This document shows positions 26,005 to 38,261 of a DNA stretch of 64,000 bases, one piece after another (the stretch's first letter is position 1; each line of letters begins with the position of its first letter). This DNA comes from Octopus bimaculoides (Eukaryota), in NCBI RefSeq assembly GCF_001194135.2, contig NC_068989.1:52452608-52516607 (forward strand), in the 5' to 3' direction. A program made the position numbers and the translations under genes. A model generated the notes under the pieces. It did no database searches, was not told where the DNA came from, and saw nothing but the letters and a program-made list of their open reading frames with translations.

Positions 26005-26800
26005 TTGATTCATGCCACCCAAGACACAACAAGACAAACATCCCATTCAACCTTGCAAGAAGGATATGCACAATAGTGTCAGAACAAAATACTAGAAACT
26101 ATAGACTACAAGAACTCAAAAACACACTAATTGACAGACACTACCCAGTTCAACTCATAAAGGATAGAATCAGACGTTCATCACACATTGACATAGAAAA
26201 CTTAAGAAAAGTTAAACACAGCAACACACCTTCCCCGAAAATACTGCCGTGCATATCCACATACAACCCCAGAAACAAAGAAGCCTTCACCATCATCACC
26301 CAAGACATACCAATGCTACATAAGGATCCCAAATTAAAGGAAATTTTACACACACACAAAATCATTAAAAGCTACAAACAACCAAAATCACTGAAAAAGA
26401 TCCTCACAAAGGCAAAATTATTTTCCAAAATAACAGATGCAAAAGGAAAAAATTGTGGTCGTCCAAATTGCGCAACATGCCCAAACATTCTAGAAGGTTC
26501 AGAATTCCTCTTCAAAGAGGGACACGAAAACTACATAGGGTCCACAGGATTATCGCTCAGACGCAGATGCACTCTGCATCGACAGCAGATTGCATGCCCA
26601 GAATACCGAATGATACCTCTTAGTGAGCATATTCAGAAATGCGCAAGACGAATGCTACCACAATTTGTAAATCTTTCCTTTCTATCAATGTGCCATTAGA
26701 ACACCAACACAAATTAGATTAAATAAGGAAACCCTTTTTCAGTCAAAAATACAAACCCAAACTTAACCATTGCTAACACATTTAAATAAGGAAATTCATC
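26005..26800 (+). mobile_element. Penelope-like retroelement 3' fragment (thumb, Cys-rich linker, GIY-YIG endonuclease)
   Basis: ORF 25968-26699 contains SCHPRHNKTNIPFNLARRICTIVS, HYP, STYNP, SYKQPKSLKKIL, CGRPNCATC and YIGSTGLSLRRRCTLH. The N-terminal half of GIY-YIG appears deleted. Confidence 0.88.
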
Positions 26801-26870
26801 ACCCNNNNNNNNNNTTAAATATATACTTTAACCATGTAACACAAGCCTTCTGTAGATTTTTCACTCTTAT

Positions 26871-26908
<38 letters not shown>

Positions 26909-26990
26909 ATATTATTATTAATAAAAAAATAATATTATAAGTGGCTAGCAAGCATAAAAACCATAATAGTAAATTTATAAATTTATAATT

Positions 26991-27320
26991 ATAATTATAA
27001 TTACGGGTAACAGATAGTACCAGCGCTACTAGAAATAACATTCGATAAATACTCAAATAACCCGCAATATCTCTGAAAATTCAAGAAGCTGACGAAATCA
27101 AGAAGCGAGCAAAGCGCCAACCTACTATTGCGGGTTAAACACGCAAATGAATTTGCAGATATATCCATTTCACGGGATTTCGAATTCTGATATAGTAATC
27201 CTAGCCCTTACCAGTGGACCTCGCTGTCTGAGTTTAATCTAAAACCGGCTACGTCATGATTGTTAAAATCGTTTAGCCAATAGTGCCAAATTTAAACCTA
27301 GTACCCAGAATTATAATTAT
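26991..27320. mobile_element. MITE-like element with imperfect TIRs of about 23 bp and an internal inverted repeat
   Basis: ataattataattacgggtaacag (26991-27013) versus the reverse complement of 27298-27320, ataattataattctgggtactag. Internal perfect inverted 12-mer taacccgcaata (27058-27069) / tattgcgggtta (27126-27137). Confidence 0.55.
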
Positions 27321-27683
27321 AAATATAATTAATAATTTATATATGGGTGGGTAATTTGCAGTTTTATTATAACCTAAAGTGAGATATACATATATACGTT
27401 ACTAAAGTGAACAGGGGCACTAATCATCACCAGTATTGCTTAAAATAAGAGTCAAAACAACTGAATAGACACAAAACGCTCTATGTTAATGAAGTGATAA
27501 GGGAAACAAGCCCTCTACGGTCGCAGATTGAGCTAGATCACCGATGATATCGCATTATGATGCTTAACGCATCTTAATGCTAATCAGTAGATGTCACCGC
27601 GCCTAGGGTTGAACACAACTCGCCTTATCAGATTACAAGATCTCTGTTGAAATGCGTGGTTAATCAGCACCAGTATTGCTAGA

Positions 27684-27720
<37 letters not shown>

Positions 27721-27981
27721 GATTTTTCATATACACTATCAGAAATAACCGCCGTTGGCCGGGTTAAGGAAAATAATGAAATATAAAAATGCCTTTTAGA
27801 TCTCTAATTATCATGAAACATAGAGTACGCATGTCTTGCCTCCTAGATACATATATACAGACAGACACACAAACACACACAGATGGATAGATAGAAAGAT
27901 AGATAGACAGACAGATAGACAGACAGATAGATTGATAGAGAGACAGACACATAAACAGATAGATAGACAGATATATTGATG

Positions 27982-28032
<51 letters not shown>

Positions 28033-29031
28033 TATAAGCAAACATTATATTTTTAATCCGGAGTAGTTACGAAGTAATTAAGCAACTCAACGTCCAGAAG
28101 TTGCATGCATGCGCCTTATATAAATATATGTAAGTACAATTTTTTCAGTCAATTGACTGCGGCCATGCTGGAATACTAACACACATATATACCTTTAGAA
28201 ATTCTTCTTTATCAGAAATGTTCACAACCGTAATGATGTACACATACGTGTATGTACTCACATATATATATATATATATATATATANNNNNNNNNNNNNN
28301 NNNNNNNNNNNNNNNNNNNNNNNNNNNNNNNNNNNNNNNNNNNNNNNNNNNNNNNNNNNNNNNNNNNNNNNNNNNNNNNNNNNNNNNNNNNNNNNNNNNN
28401 NNNNNNNNNNNNNNNNNNNNNNNNNNNNNNNNNNNNNNNNNNNNNNNNNNNNNNNNNNNNNNNNNNNNNNNNNNNNNNNNNNNNNNNNNNNNNNNNNNNN
28501 NNNNNNNNNNNNNNNNNNNNNNNNNNNNNNNNNNNNNNNNNNNNNNNNNNNNNNNNNNNNNNNNNNNNNNNNNNNNNNNNNNNNNNNNNNNNNNNNNNNN
28601 NNNNNNNNNNNNNNNNNNNNNNNNNNNNNNNNNNNNNNNNNNNNNNNNNNNNNNNNNNNNNNNNNNNNNNNNNNNNNNNNNNNNNNNNNNNNNNNNNNNN
28701 NNNNNNNNNNNNNNNNNNNNNNNNNNNNNNNNNNNNNNNNNNNNNNNNNNNNNNNNNNNNNNNNNNNNNNNNNNNNNNNNNNNNNNNNNNNNNNNNNNNN
28801 NNNNNNNNNNNNNNNNNNNNNNNNNNNNNNNNNNNNNNNNNNNNNNNNNNNNNNNNNNNNNNNNNNNNNNNNNNNNNNNNNNNNNNNNNNNNNNNNNNNN
28901 NNNNNNNNNNNNNNNNNNNNNNNNNNNNNNNNNNNNNNNNNNNNNNNNNNNNNNNNNNNNNNNNNNNNNNNNNNNNNNNNNNNNNNNNNNNNNNNNNNNN
29001 NNNNNNNNNNNNNNNNNNNNNNNNNNNNATA

Positions 29032-30314
29032 CAGGGTGGGGAAGCAAAATTTACAATATTTTGAGGCAGGGATTGAAAGACAGTGTATGACCAATTAGTT
29101 TATTGAAAGTCATGAGAATTTATTTGCCACAAGAAACTTTACATGATAGAAAATATTTTTATTCTATGTGTCCTTTCTCAATAACTGCCTTCACACGCTT
29201 CTTGAAACTTGTACAAGTATTCCTTAAATATTCGGGAGACAACTTCTCCCATTCTTCTTTAATAGTATCTTTAAGAAAGTCGACATTGCTGTGTGATGTT
29301 CTATTGGTAGCATGTTCTAAAACGACCCAAATAACATAATCCAGAGGATTTAGATCTGGGCTAGAAGATCGCCATAAACATGATTCCAAAAAATTGCTAA
29401 AGTTGGATTTGCAGAAATCTTGTATTTTTCTAGCTGTGTGGAATGGAGCACCATCCTGTGTCCATACATAATTACCATCTGGGTAGTTTGCTTTAAGCCA
29501 TGGCAATACCTGGTGTCTCAGAGTCATGTAGAAAGTATTAACATTGATCTTTTCATCAGCTCTGTAGAATTTTATAGGCATTTTCTTTCCATCAGAAGCC
29601 AGAACACCAAAGCCATAACTTGAGCAGGATGTTTTGTTTTGAATGTCCCCTTAACCTCAGCTGTTGATTTTGCGATAAATCTGTCCTTTTTGCAGTTCAG
29701 AACAGCATCGACAGTGAAGAGCTCTTCGTCTGAAAAGATCGTTACAATGGAGGACTTTTTCTTGAACCATGTAATAATTTTCTTGCACCTTTCCAATCTA
29801 TTTTCCTTCATAGTTGTTGTCAACAAGTGTTTTGGTGTTATTGTGTAAGATTTTAACTTCAAATCATATTTTATTGCATTTTTAATGGTCTTGTTGTCTA
29901 CCTCAAGTTCAATTGCCATTTTTCTCATGGATTTAGTTGGATCCTTTAGGATTTTGGATTTGAGACCTATAATAAAAGCTTTGGTACATTTTTTGTTGAT
30001 TCCTCCACTTTCAGACTTCCTCTAAATAGTTTTGCTCATAGCCATTCTATTCTTTACATTATAAACAGTCTTTATGGACACTCCAACTATTCTTGAAATA
30101 TCCTTTGGTGTGACGAGTGCATTCAGCAAATCACACACCCTTTGACATTTGCTTTCCTGATTACTCATATGGGCAAAAGTTTCTGAAAAGGTAAGGATAA
30201 TAGCGTCAGGTATGATCCTGACATCAATATATGCTAGGTTTCAAAACAATTGACTTAGTGCCTGCTGAGAAAAAACAACTTAACGTTCATTGTAAATTCT
30301 GCTTCCCCACCCTG
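29032..30314 (-). mobile_element. maT (DD37D) IS630-Tc1-mariner transposon, near full length (1283 bp), inactivated
   Basis: 26-bp TIRs CAGGGTGGGGAAGCA(A/G)AATTTACAAT with one mismatch, flanked by TA on both sides. The transposase starts MSNQESKCQRV at 30168 and carries FSDE, WTQDGAP and SPDLNPLDY, with 37 residues between the 2nd and 3rd D. It has an in-frame stop near 30024 and a frameshift near 29580-29600. Confidence 0.95.
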
Positions 30315-30717
30315 TAAGTATATATATATATTACATACATATAATAGGGATCGTCCTTATTATTGAAATTTATATATATATATATATATATATNNNNNNN
30401 NNNNNNNNNNNNNNNNNNNNNNNNNNNNNNNNNNNNNNNNNNNNNNNNNNNNNNNNNNNNNNNNNNNNNNNNNNNNNNNNNNNNNNNNNNNNNNNNNNNN
30501 NNNNNNNNNNNNNNNNNNNNNNNNNNNNNNNNNNNNNNNNNNNNNNNNNNNNNNNNNNNNNNNNNNNNNNNNNNNNNNNNNNNNNNNNNNNNNNNNNNNN
30601 NNNNNNNNNNNNNNNNNNNNNNNNNNNNNNNNNNNNNNNNNNNNNNNNNNNNNNNNNNNNNNNNNNNNNNNNNNNNNAGTATTATTGGACGCTCAGGAAA
30701 GGAAAGAGAGAGTGTAT

Positions 30718-30745
30718 GACGTTTCGGGCGTAGCCCTTCGTCGGA
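30718..30745 (-). ncRNA. Degenerate hammerhead-like core
   Basis: The reverse complement reads cCGACGA-A-GGGC-tac-GCCC-GAAAC-GTC. CUGANGA is altered to CCGACGA and stem I is not evident. Confidence 0.4.
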
Positions 30746-31425
30746 AAGATGGAAAGTTCGGAGAATGGAAGAACGGAGAAAGAGGAAAATGGTACCGATG
30801 CCCACGAGGTTACATGATGAAAAGACCGGAAGAGGAGGTGGTGGGGGAAAAGTTCTTTCTAAGATAGGAGAGTGAAAAAGGGAGATGAATATCGGTGCGC
30901 GTGCGAAAGTCTGCGAGTGTGTATAGCGAGAGAGAGAGAGAGATGTTAATATTTCTAAGTCTCTCTAAAAGAGACTACGGCAGCGGTACTGGATATTAAT
31001 AATTATCGCCAATCCAACATGGCAGTCCCAAATATAGCACTTAGTACTACTATTTACACAATGAAAACCTCGAGATGAGAAATATATCACTTTAAGAATG
31101 AGCCTCGAAATGGTGAGAGCTATATGTTCCCAATTGATATAGCTCAGAATAATAGCACGTTTTACATTATGTTAACAAAAAATTACTTGGGATGCAAAAA
31201 AAAAAGAGGTAAAAGTCGACCCTCGAAATACAAATTTAGAATATTCCATATCGAACATTTTCTATCCAAGAGGTTTTTAACCCAATACATTCCATACTAT
31301 TATTTTGAGCTGTATCTATTAGTAGTGCACCAAAGATTGCTATCAATATACTAATATTACTACTGCCATCACTGCTGCTGCTATTATTCCCCCTTCTCCT
31401 CCTCTTACTCCTCCTCCTCCTCCTC

Positions 31426-31536
<111 letters not shown>

Positions 31537-32858
31537 GTAATAATAATAATATTAATAATAATAATAATGCAGAAGATAAAAACTCATTAGTGCGCCTCAA
31601 AGATCTCTAAACTTTACTTAATAATCAAATTTGTTTCTTTATGCAGGAAAGTTGNNNNNNNNNNNNNNNNNNNNNNNNNNNNNNNNNNNNNNNNNNNNNN
31701 NNNNNNNNNNNNNNNNNNNNNNNNNNNNNNNNNNNNNNNNNNNNNNNNNNNNNNNNNNNNNNNNNNNNNNNNNNNNNNNNNNNNNNNNNNNNNNNNNNNN
31801 NNNNNNNNNNNNNNNNNNNNNNNNNNNNNNNNNNNNNNNNNNNNNNNNNNNNNNNNNNNNNNNNNNNNNNNNNNNNNNNNNNNNNNNNNNNNNNNNNNNN
31901 NNNNNNNNNNNNNNNNNNNNNNNNNNNNNNNNNNNNNNNNNNNNNNNNNNNNNNNNNNNNNNNNNNNNNNNNNNNNNNNNNNNNNNNNNNNNNNNNNNNN
32001 NNNNNNNNNNNNNNNNNNNNNNNNNNNNNNNNNNNNNNNNNNNNNNNNNNNNNNNNNNNNNNNNNNNNNNNNNNNNNNNNNNNNNNNNNNNNNNNNNNNN
32101 NNNNNNNNNNNNNNNNNNNNNNNNNNNNNNNNNNNNNNNNNNNNNNNNNNNNNNNNNNNNNNNNNNNNNNNNNNNNNNNNNNNNNNNNNNNNNNNNNNNN
32201 NNNNNNNNNNNNNNNNNNNNNNNNNNNNNNNNNNNNNNNNNNNNNNNNNNNNNNNNNNNNNNNNATATATATATATATATATATAAGAGTGATACAAAAG
32301 GAGGAGAAAAGAGACTGATAAAACGCTATCGAGAATGGTGGAGTGAATAATATAGTCGGTTACATTGACAGACAAATATAGAGGGTTGGAATGAAAACAG
32401 AGTGTAAGTGTGAGAGGAAGGGGAATAGAGTTAGTGCTAAAGAAAGATAGGGAGACAAAGAGACGTTGGTAAAACGCATATATTTACATACAGTCTACTT
32501 CCCCCCATACACACACGTATACATACATACATAAATACATACATATGAATGTGTGTATATATATATATATATACATATTTACAATGCCGTGTGAATGGTT
32601 GTATGTCTACAAAGATGTATATGTATGTATGTGAAGACGCTACATGTATTCTAGCCTGAACTGAAAACTAGCTTGCACTGTCTACTAATGTAATAATGAA
32701 TGCAGGTAATTCTAAGTGAGAAAATGAATCTATTGAAAGATAAGAATATTAAACAATTGCCCTTCTTTTAAAACTTCTGTATAGATTATATCATTCAAAA
32801 GATTGTATCAAATGTCTTCATTATAAGCATTGCCATATTAACACTAGACATTGGCATA

Positions 32859-32955
<97 letters not shown>

Positions 32956-33568
32956 TCTGATACGATGAAATTACCTAAACATGTCAGGCATACTTGACAG
33001 GCTCCCGCAAATAATGGACGATATTATTTGAAATTCAAAGGAATTTAATATAACCATCTAGATGACTGAAAACGTAGTTTACCTGATCGAATGGCTTTCT
33101 GAATTCACGTATCAAATGACTCTATGTTCAACGTTGCTTTTTGTCTCCTTAAGTGGTAATTCAATGTACGCTGTTGCTCTGTCTGAATTCAGCTGTTTAC
33201 ATCTATATCTCTGTAAAGTGGCATTTGTATTTCTTCAAGCCGAATTTAGAAAACAAATTTCTACTAATTTTTATTTATTTATCTGCACGGTGTTTCATTA
33301 CTGCAATCAATCGAGATATTTAGTTGAATACTTTACCTTTCACTTGAGCAGTTAAAAACCTTTTGGTTATTGAACACATTTAAGGATCCATTTTCATCTA
33401 CATTACTCTGAATGTTTCCAAAGTAAGAAGAACACTATCAATAAGAAACAACATCACGCTATAAATAAGCGTTCAATTCATTCCTTTTAAACAATTATTT
33501 ATTTGCCTTGTAACGGCATCGTTGAATTCCTCTTTTCTAGATTTAATATAAAAATATATACTCTTCAG

Positions 33569-33895
33569 TGAAGGCGCATAGCTTACTGATTAGGGTATTC
33601 GGTTTACAGTTGTAAGGTCGTGAGTTCAATATCCGGTGATGCGTTGTGCCCTTGAGCAAGATACTTTATTTCACGTTGCTCCAGTTCATTCAGATGGAAA
33701 AAATGAATAGTAGCTGTATTTCAAATGGGCCAGCCTTGTCACTTTCTGTGTCAAACTGAATTTCCCTGAGAACTGCATTAAGTGTACACATGTCTGTTGA
33801 GTGCTCAGTCACTCGCACGTTAATTTGATGAGCAGGCTGTCCTGTTTATGAGATCAACAAGAACCGACATCGTCGTAACCGACGGAGCGCCAGTA
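33569..33895 (+). mobile_element. tRNA-derived SINE, full-length degenerate
   Basis: Head tgaaggcgcatagct..gtcgtgagttcaatatccgg, body cttgagcaagatactttatttcacgttgctccagttca, tail gtcgtaaccgacggagcgcca. Homologous to 44768-45136. Confidence 0.8.
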
Positions 33896-34073
33896 TTTAG
33901 TTTTATAGATGATATTTCATAAGCATCTTTTATTTGTTTGGAGAAATTTAAGATGGCTTCTACTAGAAGCCATCATCAATTGCCCTAAAAACTCTTACAC
34001 TGTTGTTGCATCTGATATGATGTACGTTTCCTACGCACATATGCAACTTATGAGCATGAGATATAAGTGAAGA

Positions 34074-34133
<60 letters not shown>

Positions 34134-34444
34134 TGTATGTATGTATATGTAAATCATCTACATTTATGTAGTTAAATTTAACTTCTGTACATTCAGGCAT
34201 GGAGAGTCGTTTCACTACAAGGTAAGATACTTTTCTTATAGATGATATTAGAAGTGCGTGTCTATGTAGGGAATATTTTCTTTCAGGAAACGTTCGCAGC
34301 CTATAGTTTTTCCATGCTTGAATGCATACGAACAACATGCTAACTAACCATATTTCATTCAACACTGTTTTGTGCACCTCAAATAGTTGTGTGTGTACGT
34401 TTGTGTGAGTGTGTGTGTGTGTGTTTGTCTCTGTGTGTGTGTGT

Positions 34445-34511
<67 letters not shown>

Positions 34512-36294
34512 GAGTATGTTGTGGGGTACTTTGTTTTATATTTTCTATAGTAACAATGGTTTTGTCTCTATTATACATTTTGTCCTTAATTTATGATCTC
34601 TTGAGACAGGAGAAACATATTCAACTATCAGAAGGCTGGAACTCCAGACGGCGGGTACGTTCAAAAGGTTCACCGCAGAACACTCACTTAGTCTGTCATT
34701 CTGTCTGTTCTGACAACCTACTATTCTTATATTCATAATATAAGAGTGAGCTAATACATATGAGCACAAACATAATGTAATCCGTACACACAAAAGCTGC
34801 TTCATGTCAATATAACTCACAGATATACGTTCGCTATCTCATACATAAAACATAATTGTATTTACACATAAGCACGCTCATTCTCTTTTGGAAGTGAAAA
34901 AATACGACTTACTATTTACAAAATATTGATTATTACTTCCAGACGCATATATATATANNNNNNNNNNNNNNNNNNNNNNNNNNNNNNNNNNNNNNNNNNN
35001 NNNNNNNNNNNNNNNNNNNNNNNNNNNNNNNNNNNNNNNNNNNNNNNNNNNNNNNNNNNNNNNNNNNNNNNNNNNNNNNNNNNNNNNNNNNNNNNNNNNN
35101 NNNNNNNNNNNNNNNNNNNNNNNNNNNNNNNNNNNNNNNNNNNNNNNNNNNNNNNNNNNNNNNNNNNNNNNNNNNNNNNNNNNNNNNNNNNNNNNNNNNN
35201 NNNNNNNNNNNNNNNNNNNNNNNNNNNNNNNNNNNNNNNNNNNNNNNNNNNNNNNNNNNNNNNNNNNNNNNNNNNNNNNNNNNNNNNNNNNNNNNNNNNN
35301 NNNNNNNNNNNNNNNNNNNNNNNNNNNNNNNNNNNNNNNNNNNNNNNNNNNNNNNNNNNNNNNNNNNNNNNNNNNNNNNNNNNNNNNNNNNNNNNNNNNN
35401 NNNNNNNNNNNNNNNNNNNNNNNNNNNNNNNNNNNNNNNNNNNNNNNNNNNNNNNNNNNNNNNNNNNNNNNNNNNNNNNNNNNNNNNNNNNNNNNNNNNN
35501 NNNNNNNNNNNNNNNNNNNNNNNNNNNNNNNNNNNNNNNNNNNNNNNNNNNNNNNNNNNNNNNNNNNNNNNNNNNNNNNNNNNNNNNNNNNNNNNNNNNN
35601 NNNNNNNNNNNNNNNNNNNNNNNNNNNNNNNNNNNNNNNNNNNNNNNNNNNNNNNNNNNNNNNNNNNNNNNNNNNNNNNNNNNNNNNNNNNNNNNNNNNN
35701 NNNNNNNNNNNNNNNTATAAGTACATTTATATGTGTGTGTGTGTGTGCGCGCGCCTTCACGCGTGCGTGCGTGCGTGTCTTTGTAGGGGAACAGCTTTTC
35801 CTTTAAACAGGCATCAAAAATACTTTTGTATTCTAGTCTTCTGATTTACTCTTTTTTTTTTCATTCGCAATTCCATGTAAGTTACTTAAAAGTTGTTTGG
35901 AAATGTAATATCCTTAAATCTACAATCGACTTATATCTATATCTCGGCAGCCTCATTTTGTGTATAATAGATATTGGGGGGCTATTTGTGGCGGGTTCGG
36001 TGCTGGTAGTGATGTTACTACAATCATTTGAATTTTGCGCCTTAGCCTATTCCTTCAGAATTGGAGTGGGTAATTGTTTCTTACATGGCTAGTGAGCTGA
36101 CATTGCTTGCGTGATTAGTCGTCGATTTTTATTTTTTCGAGAATAGAGCATAGATATAATTTCTACAACTCTTTCTTTCTCTCGCTTTGTGAAATATTCT
36201 ATGATATTTACTAAAGATCCCCTTCGGTTATGAATGTCTATGGGATTGCACCTACAAGTTTCCCCTCCAAAGCACAAGTCCACACAAGGTGGTT

Positions 36295-36722
36295 CTTGAA
36301 AGACCACCAGTTGCCCATGGGTACCAGCCTTCCTTCTCCACGCTACCGATGCTGCCCAAGGGAAAGGCAAAGGCCGAGTGAACTGCTGAGTGAACTGCTG
36401 CAACGTAAAATAAAATGTCTTACTCAAGCACCCAACACACAGCCTGGTCCGAGAATCGAACTCACTACGTTTTGATTTTGAGCCCGACGCTCAATCCCTA
36501 AGCCATGTGCTTGAAAGACCACCAGTTGCCCATGAGTACCAGCCTTCCTTCTCCATGCCACCGATGTAGCCCAATGGAAAGGCAAAGTACGATGCAGTTT
36601 GGCACCAGTGACGTCGCAACTCATTTCTACAGATGAGTGAACTAGAGCAGCGTAGAAAAAAGTGCCGAGCTCACTACCTCATTATTGTGAGCCCGATGCT
36701 GTAACCACTAAGCCATGGGCCA
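36295..36722 (-). mobile_element. Head-to-tail tandem pair of tRNA-derived SINE copies
   Basis: cttgaaagaccaccagttgcccatg.gtaccagccttccttctcca is present at 36296 and 36511. Each unit ends (plus strand) in ...gagcccga.gct..a.c.ctaagccatg, the reverse complement of an A-box head. Confidence 0.75.
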
Positions 36723-37699
36723 TCACATATTCTAATATATTGTACGTTACAAAATATCGATTCGGGCTATAAAACTTGCACTTATATCGGCAATATAACA
36801 ACTGGAGTAACAACATAACAGTTTAATAACAAAATTCATAAATTGTGTTGGGTGCTCGTAGCTTTTCTGACTGACTTTGGATCTCATTATTTTTAATATT
36901 GACTAATTTGAGTTATTTTGTTAGTGTACGTTTGTAAAAGATTGGTTATTATATGTCTTGTATTTTTTCTACTTCATTCTTGATAATGGGTTCATCTTTT
37001 ATAATAATAATTATTCATTAGATACATACAATTAAATTTATAAATTTATGAACCACATTATGTATTTGCAGACTTCCAGACATGTCGGCTTGTTATTTTT
37101 AAGAATACTTAATTTGTGTGTTTTTATATTATCTTAATACTGGGCGGTTATAATTGCGATGTAATATATACTGCAGTCTCAGTTTTTTAGCATGGCTTTA
37201 TTTTTTTTTAAACTACTTATTCATTTGATAATTGGTAGGCACGACTAATATATAAACTGCAATGACTGCTTCCAGAATTCTATATTCAGGTGTTGATATT
37301 TTTTAAAATACTAAATTGGTTCGTTTTTATATTATCAAGTATATTATTATTAACTGAAATTCTAGTTTTGGAGTTTAGATTACCTCTTCATATTTTCATA
37401 CTAAGCTTTTTTCCACAAGCAATACACGTTATAACGTGTGTGGTTATTGGTAATATAAGTTATATCAGCTGTATTACACTTTTAGCGTTTCTTTACTGTT
37501 TTATGGTTCGGTCTAAAATATATTTGAATACGTGCTGTTCTTTAGTGTTTGATCATTTCTTAGCAGTTTCTTTGGTGTAGCGTAACTAAGTATGCTTCTA
37601 TGTAAATTTTTCAAGACTTAAATTTCTTTTACCCGTACGAACATTCATTGCCTTCATGAAAAAACACAAATTTACTAAGTCGTATTGTGTAGACATACG

Positions 37700-37773
<74 letters not shown>

Positions 37774-38226
37774 GTGTGTGTATATAATGGTAAAATAACC
37801 CCGGCTGAATTAGAAATGAAAAGACAGAAACAACGTTTTTAGTCCAGCAGTTTAGAACTTTTGGGAAAACATTGGCCATACGAAATACAAATAAATTGGT
37901 TCTTTCTGTTTATAAACAAAATGTCTATATTTACAGAGGAATGCGGGAGGTGTTAACATCATTGAATTTCCCAAAAGTAATGTTGGCATAAGTGAAGTGA
38001 ATGCACTTCATCTGGGAATTAACACCGCACAGCATTGTCAGGTTGCCACGAAGTTAATTTAGTTTCTCCATCTCAGAAGAATTCTAACGTTATGTAACTG
38101 TAATACAGAATATTAGTGTATCGAGATAGCCGACATTGGTTTCAGACGAGGAAGAATAAAACATTTCTGTTAAGACACTAGTTTTCCTACCAAGAAAGAA
38201 TTATATATCGACATAAACATATATAT

Positions 38227-38261
<35 letters not shown>

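Noticed and set aside
37935-38035. miR-31-like sequence (ATGTTGGCATA) in a loosely self-complementary stretch
   Set aside because: The seed region does not match, and the inverted segments do not form a regular pre-miRNA stem.
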